Shown piece by piece: positions 42,761-53,134 of a stretch of 64,000 nt of DNA. The stretch's first letter is position 1, and each line of letters opens with the position of its first letter. Both the position numbers and the translations under genes were made by a program. The notes beneath the pieces were generated by a model. That model was given only the letters and a program-made list of their open reading frames with translations. It did not search any database and was not told the origin of the DNA. Source of the DNA: Anaeramoeba ignava BMAN (taxonomy: Eukaryota; Protista; Anaeramoebae); contig JAPDFW010000084.1 in NCBI GenBank assembly GCA_028826165.1, forward strand, positions 1 to 64,000, written 5' to 3'.

Positions 42761-44652
42761 TTAAAAATAAACTTCAAGTTTATTAACTTTCCATTCTCCA
42801 TAATCTCGTGTAAAAAACATCTTTGATTCTTTTGAATCAAATTCAATATTATTTGGAAGTTGATAAGTATGTCCTGGATTTGAATATCCTGTTTTCAAAT
42901 CAGCTGAAATTGCTAAATCCCAACCATCTCCAAAAATAGGTCCTCTTTGTGAATAATAAACAATTGCCTTCTTGCTTTCTTTCTCTTTTAATTCAATTTT
43001 AAGTTGCTGATCCTTTTGGGTTGCTTTCAAAAGGAATAAAAAAGCTTTATCATCTTCAATATAACTAATATCTTCAAAATATTTATCATCAATATCATTA
43101 TCAATATCAATATCATTATAAAAATCACTTGATTTTTGTTTTTCTGGTTTTTTCCATCCAGCTGAGCTATATCCTCCAAATATATTCCCTTCAGATTCAA
43201 TGATAATAAGAATTGGTGCTTTATTATCACAAATTTGATGGAAATGTTGACAAGTTAATTTATCCTCTTTTTTTGAAACAAATTGAAGTTTCATTTTTTT
43301 GAAAATATCTTCTCCAATCCAATTTTGTAAATGATTTGCAAATTTTTCAATCGGTCCTTCTCTTTTTTCAACATTTTTTGGATGAATCCTTTTGGAAATT
43401 TCCTCATTTTCAAATGGAATTATTGTATTTGAATTGGAATAAACTCTTTTACTTTTAAACCAATGAACCTCTTTCTCTTTTGTGTATTTTTCAATAATTT
43501 TTTGATTTTCTTCATAATTTCCATCATTTATATTCTCAATAAAATCTGAAATATCAATTATCTCATCAGGTGTCAATAAATCTAAATGAATAACCTCAGA
43601 AAATTCATCAAGATTCAATGCTCCAAATCTAACAAATTTAATAAAATCTGTTTTTAACAAAGTATGTGTTCTTTGATCTATAATTGTTATCATTCCTTTT
43701 TTTGAATTTTGGTTTTGAATTCGATTTTGATTTTGATTTTGATTTTGATTTTCATTTTCCATTGTTTGGATTGCATAATCAATAACCATTTGTAAAATTT
43801 GTAATTCACTTGAAATATTCAAAGTATCCCGATAAAGAATCATTTTAAGATTTAAATCTGAAATATTTAAGTAATCTCTGTGTTGAATAATATCTTCCAT
43901 TTGCTTATCAATAATAGAAAAAACTTTTTCAAGAAGAACTGGTTCTCCAAGTGTATTAACACTTTCTAATTGGCACACAATCGCATTTTTGATTATGATT
44001 AATTGCGGATTGCTGTCATTTTCTTTGATGCCAGAATTCTCATCTTGCAGAATATTTTGAGGGGAAGTGATAATTGTGGAAAATGATTGAGTTTTATACT
44101 GTGTCATAGTTTCATTATGAATGTGGACTCTTTCAATTTCAGAAAGAAGGAATTTTTTACAATAAAATTCGAGTTGATGAAGAGCATATTCTTTAGCAAA
44201 AGAAAGTAAATCACAAGTTAAATCAAATGGTGTTTTTTCTACTTGATTTGGATCGACAACAGGAATATTGCATTTTGAAGTGTAAATGTATTCCAAAGCT
44301 GTTTTAACTACTTCATAATTATATTCTAATTGTAAATGGCCTCTTGGAATATTTCTTATTAATGCTGGTGAACGAGTTGATAATATCGATGAATATACAT
44401 ATAATTTCTGATTATTTGCTTCAATTATCAAATCTTGTCCAAGTCTAGATTTTTGAAGTGAAAAACGAAGATTTTCAATAAGATCTTCTGTTTTTGTTAA
44501 TTTCTTGGTTGTTGAAAATTTGTTTGATTTTTTTTCCGAAATTTCATTTTCACTAAATTTTGTTTTGTTTTGGAAGATGAATGAATAGAAAATGTTTTAT
44601 ATATTATTTAATTTTATTATAATTTTTTTTTCCCAAACCTTTTTAAACTCAT
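42761..44652 (-). CDS. BTB-BACK-TLDc protein, paralogue 8 (micro-exon MSLKS 44639-44652; exon 2 from 44552)
   Basis: Intact 556 aa ORF extended in frame by the spliced micro-exon. Confidence 0.88.
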
Positions 44653-44756
44653 TAAAAGAAAAAAAAAAACAAAAAGGAGAAAAAAAAAATGAAAAAAAAA
44701 AGGGAGAAAAAAATAAAAATTTTTTTTTCATTTTTTTACTTTTTTAAAAAAAGAAA
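44653..44756. promoter_or_regulatory. Compact ~100 bp bidirectional promoter with T-rich TCA initiator-like elements on both strands
   Basis: Divergent ATGs at 44652 (-) and 44757 (+). AAAAAATGAAAAAA at ~44685 and TTTTTTCATTTTTT at ~44725. Confidence 0.6.
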
Positions 44757-46532
44757 ATGAATGAAATTATATTTTTTGGTTCAAATAAAGAACCAAAACT
44801 TATCAAAAATGAACCAGATAAAATAAAAGATCCAACTCAATTTAAATTTGAAAATGAAAATGAAAATGAAAATGAAAATGAAAAACAAATTAAACAAATT
44901 TCAACAGGAAATTTTGGAACAATTTTCCTTTTTAAAAATGGAAAAGCAATAGAATATTTAAAAGATTCAAATCAAAATCCTTCAAAAATCCAAATTGAAG
45001 AAAATATTCAAAAAGTAACTGTTGGTCATGGAAATGAAGCTATTTTAACAAAAGAAGGAAATGTATTTGCTAAAGGAGAATATGTTAATCCAAAAAATCC
45101 AAATGAATTTATCAATATTTCATCATTAATTGAAGATCCAAATGATAGAATAATTCAAGATATTGCTTCTGGAGCTCGTGCAGTTTATTTATTAACTTCA
45201 AATCAAAATGCTTATGGAATTGGTTTAAATGATAATGGCCAACTTGGTTTTGATACTGAAGCACTTAAAGAAACAGAAAAACCAATTTTAATGATGAAAA
45301 ATATTTCTAAAATATTTTCAGGAAATTCTTCACTTTCTGTTTTTCTTTTAAATTCAAATCAAGAATTATTTGGATGCGGATATAATCAAAATGGTCAACT
45401 TGGATTAGGAGAATCAAGAATAAAAGATTCCAAAATCCAAAAATTAACCAAAATCCAAAATATTCCAAAAGGTAAAATAATTGATATTCAATCTGGATAT
45501 GTTCATTCAATAATGTTAATTGAAAATGAAGATGAAAATGAAAATCCAAAAAGAAAAATTTATTCATGTGGATTTGATATATTTAATGGGCTTCTCAGAC
45601 ATGGAAGTACTTATGAATTTACTGAAATTAAATCATTATTTGCAAATGATGATCATATTATTGATATTTCTGTTGGAGCTGGACATACTTTGATTTTAAC
45701 AACTAATAATTACGTGATAGGATTTGGGAATAATTATTATGGTCAATTAGGAACTGGAAATGAAGGAATACAAAAAATTCCAGAACCAGCTAGAATTCCT
45801 GAATTAAGATTTAATGAAGATATTTCTAATTATCATATTTCTTGTGGTGTATCGAATTCATTTCTTTATTATTCTCCTTCTTTTTCAAATCTTGAAGAAG
45901 ATTTGATAAAACTATTTAGAAGAAAAGAATTTTGCAATATTTCATTTAAAACAGAAAATGGAGAAATAATTGAAGCTCATAGATTAATATTGAAATATAG
46001 ATTAAATCAAAATCAAAATCAAATTGAAAAACTTAAAGAAATTATTTCAAAAAAATCAATTAAAGAATCAAATCAAATATTTGAAATGATTTATTCAAAC
46101 AATTCCAAAATAAATCCAAAATTATATTCTGAAATTAAAGAAATTATAAATTCTAATGAAAAAATAGAAGAAACAATGAAAAGAATTTATTTAAATGAAA
46201 ATGAAAAAGATTTTATAATTGAAAGAAAAGAAAAACAATATAAATTTCCAAAATTAATATTAATAATGAGAAGTGAATTATATCGAGGAATGTTTTTATC
46301 TGTTACAGAAGATAAATCTAATAAAGTTACAGATTATAGTGAATTAAGTAATAAATCATTTCAAATATTTGAATATTGGATTTATTCAAATCAAATTAAA
46401 GATGAAATTCAAATTACAAAAGGAATAATTGATGAAGTTAAAAAAGGAATTGATTATTTTCAATTAAATCAAACAAATCCAAATTTAATTGATTTATTAA
46501 TTAACAAATTCAATAACCAAAATCAAAATTAA
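44757..46532 (+). CDS. RCC1-repeat + tandem BTB protein, copy 1 (intact)
   Basis: RCC1 motifs GLNDNGQLG, GYNQNGQLGLG, ISVGAGHTL and GNNYYGQLGTG. BTB motifs FCNISFK...IEAHRLIL and DFII...KLILIMRSELYRGMF. Confidence 0.9.
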   Translation: MNEIIFFGSNKEPKLIKNEPDKIKDPTQFKFENENENENENEKQIKQISTGNFGTIFLFKNGKAIEYLKDSNQNPSKIQIEENIQKVTVGHGNEAILTKEGNVFAKGEYVNPKNPNEFINISSLIEDPNDRIIQDIASGARAVYLLTSNQNAYGIGLNDNGQLGFDTEALKETEKPILMMKNISKIFSGNSSLSVFLLNSNQELFGCGYNQNGQLGLGESRIKDSKIQKLTKIQNIPKGKIIDIQSGYVHSIMLIENEDENENPKRKIYSCGFDIFNGLLRHGSTYEFTEIKSLFANDDHIIDISVGAGHTLILTTNNYVIGFGNNYYGQLGTGNEGIQKIPEPARIPELRFNEDISNYHISCGVSNSFLYYSPSFSNLEEDLIKLFRRKEFCNISFKTENGEIIEAHRLILKYRLNQNQNQIEKLKEIISKKSIKESNQIFEMIYSNNSKINPKLYSEIKEIINSNEKIEETMKRIYLNENEKDFIIERKEKQYKFPKLILIMRSELYRGMFLSVTEDKSNKVTDYSELSNKSFQIFEYWIYSNQIKDEIQITKGIIDEVKKGIDYFQLNQTNPNLIDLLINKFNNQNQN

Positions 46533-47050
46533 AATCAAAATTAAAATTAAAATCAAAAATTAAAATTAAAATTAAAATCAAAATTAAAATTAAAATTAAA
46601 ATCAAAATTAAAATCAAAATTTAAAATTAAAATTTAAAAAATTAAAATTAAAAATCAAAATCAAAAAATTAAAATCAAAATTAAAAATTTTAAAATTAAA
46701 ATTAAAATTAAAATTAAAATTAAAATTAAAATTAAAATTAAAATTAAAATTAAAATTAAAATTAAAATCAAAATTAAAAAATTTTAAAATTAAAATTAAA
46801 ATTAAAATTAAAATTAAAATTAAAATTAAAATTAAAATTAAAATTAAAATTAAAATTCAAAATTAAAATTAAAATTAAAATCAAAATTAAAATTAAAATT
46901 AAAATCAAAATTAAAATTAAAATTAAAATTAAAATTAAAATTAAAATTCATTTATAAAATTAAAATTAAAATTAAAATTAAAATCAAAAATCAAAATTAA
47001 AATTAAAATTAAAATCAAAATTAAAATTAAAATTAAATTCAATTTAAAAA
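46533..47050. repeat. (AAAATT)n microsatellite spacer; similar tracts at 48878-49380, 51273-51890, 56576-57010 and, reversed, at 16800-16975, 24690-25200, 25590-25800 and 33226-33785
   Basis: Directly visible. Confidence 0.95.
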
Positions 47051-47111
47051 TTAAATTCATTTTTTCATTTTTTATTTTTTTTTCATTTTTTTACTTTTTT
47101 AAAAAAAGAAA

Positions 47112-48877
47112 ATGAATGAAATTATATTTTTTGGTTCAAATCAATATCCAAAACTTATAAAAAATGAACCAGATAAAATAATAAAACCAATTCAATTTAA
47201 ATTTGAAAATGAAAATGAAAATGAAAAATCAAATTAAACAAATTTCAACAAGTTTTTTTTCAACAATTTTCCTTTTTGAAAATGGAAAAGCAATAGAATA
47301 TTTAAATGAAAATTATTCAAAACAAAATCCTTCAAAAATCCAAATTGAAAATATTCAAAAAGTAGCTGCTGGTTCTTTTAATGAAGCTATTTTAACAAAA
47401 GAAGGAAATGTATTTGCAAAAGGAGAATATATTAATTCAAAAAATCCAAATGAATTTATCAATATTTCATCATTAATTAAAGATCTAAATGATAGAATAA
47501 TTCAAGATATTGTTTCTGGAGATAGTTCAATTTACTTATTAACTTCAAATCAAAATGTTTATGGAATTGGTTTGAATTATTATAGTCAACTTGGTTTTGA
47601 TTCTGAAGCACTTAAAGAAACAGAAAAACCAATTTTAATGATGAAAAATGTTTCTAAAATATTTTCAGGAAATTCTTCTTATTCTGCTTTTCTTTTAAAT
47701 TCAAATCAAGAATTATTTGGATGCGGATATAATCAAGATGGTCAACTTGGATTAGGAGAATCAAAAAAAGAAGAAACAAAAATCCAAAAATTAACCAAAA
47801 TAAAAAATATTCCAAAAGGCAAAATAATTGATATTCAATGCGGATTTACTCATTCAATAATGTTGATCGAAAATCAAAATCAAAATCAAAATCCAAAAAG
47901 AAAACTTTATTCATGTGGAGAGTCCGAATATAATGGACTTGGCAAAAATGATGAAAATACTTATGAATTTACTGAAATCAAATCATCTTTATTTGAAAAT
48001 GATGATAATATTCTTGATTTTTCTTGTGGAGCTGGACAAACTTTGATTTTAACATCTAATTCGAAATTGATAGGATTTGGAGGTAATTTATTTGGTCAAT
48101 TAGGAAATGGAAATAAAAATACTCACTTAATTCCAATTCAAATTAAACTTCCTAAATTAAGATTTAATGAAAATATTTCTAATTATCATATTTCTTGTGG
48201 GTTTAACAAATCATTTCTTTATTATTCTCCTCCTTCTTTTTCCAATCTTGAAGAAGATTTGATAAAATTATTTGAAAGAAAAGAATTTTGCAATATTTCA
48301 TTTAAAACCAAAAATGGAGGAAATAATTGAAGCTCATAAATTAATATTGAATTATAGATTAAATCAAAATCAAATTGAAAAACTTCAAGAAATTATTTCA
48401 AATAAATTAATTAAAGAATCAAATCAAATATTTGAAATGATTTATTCAAACAATTCCAAAATAAATCCAAAATTATATTCTGAAATTAAAGAAATTATAA
48501 ATTTAAATGAAAAAATAGAAGAAACAATGAAAAGAATTTATTTAAATGAAAATGAAAAAGATTTTATAATTGAAAGAAAAGAAAAAAAATATAAATTTCC
48601 AAAATTAATATTAATAATGAGAAGTGAATTATATCGAGGAATGTTTTTATCTGTTACAGAAGATAAATCTAATAAAGTTACAGATTATAGTGAATTAAGT
48701 AATAAATCATTTCAAATATTTGAATATTGGATTTATTCAAATCAAATTAAAGATGAAATTCAAATTACAAAAGAAATTATTGATGAAATTAAAAGAGGAA
48801 TTGATTATTTTCAATTAAATCAAACAAATCCAAATTTATTTGATTTATTAATTAAAAAATTTAATAATCAAAATTAA
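47112..48877 (+). CDS. RCC1-repeat + BTB protein, copy 2 (frameshifts at ~47225 and ~48320; sequencing error or pseudogene)
   Basis: ATG at 47112 (MNEIIFFGSNQYPK), colinear with copy 1 and split over ORFs 47203..48330 and 48272..48877. Confidence 0.8.
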
Positions 48878-49527
48878 AATTTAAATCAAAATTAAAATTA
48901 AAATCAAAAATTAAATTTAAAATTTAAAATTAAAATTAAAATTCAAAATTAAAATTTAAAATTAAAATTAAAATTAAAATTAAAATTAAAATAAAAAATT
49001 AAAATTAAAATTAAAATTAAAATTAAAATTAAAATTAAAATCAAAATTAAAATTAAAATTAAAATTAAAATTAAAATTAAAATTAAAATTAAAATTAAAA
49101 TTAAAATTAAAATTAAAATTAAAATTTAAAATTAAAATTAAAATTAAAATTAAAATTAAAATTAAAATTAAAATTAAAATTAAAATTAAAATTAAAATTA
49201 AAATTAAAATTAAAATTAAAATTAAAATTAAAATCAAAATTAAAATTAAAATTAAAATTAAAATTAAAATTAAAATCAAAATTAAAATTTTAAAATTAAA
49301 ATTAAAATTAAAATTAAAATTAAAATTAAAATTAAAATTAAAATCAAAATCAAAATTAAAATTAAAATTAAAATTAAAATCTAATTTTATTATAATTTTT
49401 TTTTCCCAAACCTTTTTAAACTCATTAAAAGAAAAAAAAACAAAAAGGAGAAAAAAAAAATGAAAAAAAAAAAGGAGAAAAAAATAAAAATTTTTTTTTC
49501 ATTTTTTTACTTTTTTAAAAAAAGAAA

Positions 49528-51272
49528 ATGAATGAAATTATATTTTTTGGTTCAAATAAAGAACCAAAACTTATCAAAAAATGAACCAGATAAAATAAAA
49601 GATCCAACTCAATTTAAATTTGAAAATGAAAATGAAAAATCAAATTAAACAAATTTCAACAGGAAATTTTGGAACAATTTTCCTTTTTAAAAATGGAAAA
49701 GCAATAGAATATTTAAAAGATTCAAATCAAAATCCTTCAAAAATCCAAATTGAAAATATTCAAAAAGTAACTATTGGTTCTTTTAATGAAGCTATTTTAA
49801 CAAAAGAAGGAAATGTATTTGCAAAAGGGAAGAAATATTAATTCAAAAAATCCAAATGAATTTATCAATATTTCATCATTAATTGAAGATCCAAATGATA
49901 GAATAATTCAAGATATTGTTTCTGGAGCTCGTGCAGTTTATTTATTAACTTCAAATCAAAATGCTTATGGAATTGGTTTAAATGATAATGGCCAACTTGG
50001 TTTTGATACTGAAACACTTGGAAAAACAGAAAAACCAATTTTAATGATGAAAAATATTTCTAAAATATTTTCAGGAATTGCTTCACTTTCTGTTTTTCTT
50101 TTAAATTCAAATCAAGAATTATTTGGATGCGGAGATAATCAACTTGGTCAACTTGGATTAGGAGAATCAAGAATAAAAGAAAAAGCAATCCAAAAAATTA
50201 ACCAAAATCCAAAATATTCCAAAAGGTAAAATAATTGATATTCAATGTGGAGGTTCTTATTCAATAATGTTGATTGAAAATGAAAACGAAAATGAAAATC
50301 TAAAAAGAAAACTTTATTCATGTGGATATGATAGATATAATGGGCTTCTCAGACATGGAAATACTTATGAATTTACTGAAATTGAATCATTATTTGCAAA
50401 TGATGATCATATTCTTGATTTTTCTTGTGGAGCTGGGCATACTTTGATTTTAACAACTAATAATTACGTGATAGGATTTGGATATAATGGGAGTGGTCAA
50501 TTAGGAGATGGAATTGAAGAAATACAAAAAATTCCAATTCTAGCTAGAATTCCTGAATTAAGATTTAATGAAGATATTTCTAATTATCATCTTTCTTGTG
50601 GATTTCAAAAATCATTTCTTTATTATTCTCCTTCTTTTTCAAATCTTGAAGAAGATTTGATAAAACTATTTAGAAGAAAAGAATTTTGCAATATTTCATT
50701 TAAAACCAAAAATGGAGAAATAATTGAAGCTCATAAATTAATATTGAAATATAGATTAAAAGATGAAAATCAAATTGAAAAACTTCAAGAAATTATTTCA
50801 AAAATCAATTAAAGAATCAAATCAAATATTTGAAATGATTTATTCAAATAGAATAATAAATCCAAAATTATATTATGAAATTAAAGAAATTATAAATTCC
50901 AATGAACAAATTGAAGAAACAATGAAAAGAATTTATTTAAATGAAAATGAAAATGATTTTATAATTGAAAGAAAAGAAAAACAATATAAATTTCCCAAAT
51001 TAATATTAATAATGAGAAGTGAATTATATCGAGGAATGTTTTTATCTGTTACAGAAGATAAATCTAATAAAGTTACAGATTATAGTGAATTAAGTAATAA
51101 ATCATTTCAAATATTTGAATATTGGATTTATTCAAATCAAATTAAAGAAGGAATTCAAATTACAAAAGGAATTATTGATGAAATTAAAAAAGGAATTGAT
51201 TATTTTCAATTAAATCAAACAAATCCAAATTTATTTGATTTATTAATTAACAAATTTAATAATCAAAATTAA
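49528..51272 (+). pseudogene. RCC1-repeat + BTB, copy 3, about 5 frameshifts (pseudogene or poorly polished gene)
   Basis: Colinear with copy 1. Single-base indels, mostly in A-runs, at ~49580, ~49640, ~49830, ~50197 and ~50805. Confidence 0.65.
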
Positions 51273-51930
51273 AATTAAAATCAAAATTAAAATTAAAATT
51301 GAAATCAAAATTAAAATTAAAATTAAAATTAAAATTAAAATTAAAATTAAAATTCAAATTTAAAATTAAAATTAAAATTAAAATCAAAATTAAAATTAAA
51401 ATTAAAATTAAAATTAAAATCAAAATTAAAATTAAAATTAAAATTAAAATTAAAATTAAAATTAAAATTAAAATTAAAATTAAAATTAAAATTAAAATTA
51501 AAATTAAAATTAAAATTCAAAATTAAAATTCAAAATTAAAATTAAAAATTAAAATTAAAATTAAAATCAAAATTAAAATCAAAATTAAAAATCAAAATTA
51601 AAATTAAAATTAAAATTAAAATCAAAATTAAAATTAAAATTAAAATTAAAATTAAAATTAAAATTAAAATTAAAATTAAAATTAAAATTAAAATTAAAAT
51701 TAAAATTAAAATTAAAATTAAAATTAAAATTAAATTTAAAATTAAAATCAAAATTAAAATTAAAATTAAAATTAAAATTAAAATTAAAATTAAAATTAAA
51801 ATTAAAATTAAAATCAAAATTAAAATTAAAATTAAAATTCAAATTAAAATTCAAATTAAAATTAAAATTAAAATTAAAATTAAAATTCAAAATTTTTTTT
51901 CATTTTTTTCCGTTTTCTTTCTTTTTTATT

Positions 51931-53031
51931 ATGTCTCTTTCTGATAAGTTAAAAAAAGTTCAACTAAAAAAAACAACACATCAACAACAAGAACCAAAGA
52001 AACCAGAAATAATTTCATTAAAAACCGAAGAAGATAATTTCGAACTAATCCAAAATTACACACATAGAGTTTTTTTAACAAATATTGAATATTGGATCAA
52101 CATTCTGGAGAAAACAACATTTAAAACAATTCTCATTCCAATGAATCAAAAAGAAACTGAATTTCTCATTCAATCTTACGAACATTTGAAGAAATCCAAT
52201 TTCGAAAAATTTGAACTAACAAACGAACTTCAAATACAATTTGATGAAATTTCAAACAAATTGGAAAAGGCAATGCTTGAAATGACAAACGGAGATCCTA
52301 CAAAGCCTGTTTTTATCAAAAGTAGTTGCAGAAGTCCTAAAGATTCTGTTGTTTATGAAAAAGAATTTCTTGATTTATACAAATCTTTTTTGGAAAAACA
52401 ATTCGATCAAAGTATAAATTCCAAAATTTGGGCACTAACAAAAGCTGGGATGAAAATGCTTCAATTCACAGATGCAAGGAAAGTGGTTCAAACATTGTGT
52501 TCATCTTCAAGGATCTACAATGATATGAATATCTATTTGAAATATTTATCACCAAATTCAGAAAATCCAAAAACGAATCAAGAAAATCAACCAAATTTTA
52601 AGCATAAAGAACATTTTGTAGTTCGCGAATGGATAGATATGGAGCCTGAAATGGAGTTTCGAGGATTTGTGACAAACTACAACTTGAATGCTTTATCTCA
52701 ATATCATTATTTTGTTTATTTTCCAAATCTTGTTGAGAAAAAGAAGGAAATTCAGGACAAGATTGTGGATTTCTACAAAAAAGAGGTTCAACCTTTATTA
52801 CAAAATCATTTCCAATCTAAAGACTATATTGTCGATTTCTGTGTTTCTCATGGAAAAGTTTGGGTTATTGAATTGAATGCTTTTGAGGAATCAACTGATG
52901 CTGGTTTATTTGATTGGGAAAAAGAAATTAATATTCTTTCAAATGGTCCTTTTGAATTTAGGATTCAAACAGAACCTCCTGTTGGAATTGAAAAAAGACT
53001 TTCTGAAGAATGGCAAAAATATATCAATTAA
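51931..53031 (+). CDS. Cdc123/D123-like (R2K clade) ATP-grasp protein with a WH2-like N-terminal peptide
   Basis: VFIKSSCRSPKDS, LCSSSRIYND, FVVREWIDMEPEMEFRGFV, ALSQY, YIVDF, VWVIELNAF, TDAGLFDW and PFEFRI are Cdc123-family motifs. Intronless. Confidence 0.85.
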   Translation: MSLSDKLKKVQLKKTTHQQQEPKKPEIISLKTEEDNFELIQNYTHRVFLTNIEYWINILEKTTFKTILIPMNQKETEFLIQSYEHLKKSNFEKFELTNELQIQFDEISNKLEKAMLEMTNGDPTKPVFIKSSCRSPKDSVVYEKEFLDLYKSFLEKQFDQSINSKIWALTKAGMKMLQFTDARKVVQTLCSSSRIYNDMNIYLKYLSPNSENPKTNQENQPNFKHKEHFVVREWIDMEPEMEFRGFVTNYNLNALSQYHYFVYFPNLVEKKKEIQDKIVDFYKKEVQPLLQNHFQSKDYIVDFCVSHGKVWVIELNAFEESTDAGLFDWEKEINILSNGPFEFRIQTEPPVGIEKRLSEEWQKYIN

Positions 53032-53134
53032 AATCAAAATTAAAATTAAAATCCAAAATCAAAATCAAAATTAAAATTAAAATGAAAATTAAAATTAAAA
53101 TCAAATTTAAAATCCAAAATCAAAATTAAAATTA

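Noticed and set aside
44757-51272. Diversity-generating retroelement as the cause of RCC1 loop variation
   Set aside because: No reverse transcriptase or template repeat in the window, and the differences are not confined to adenine positions.
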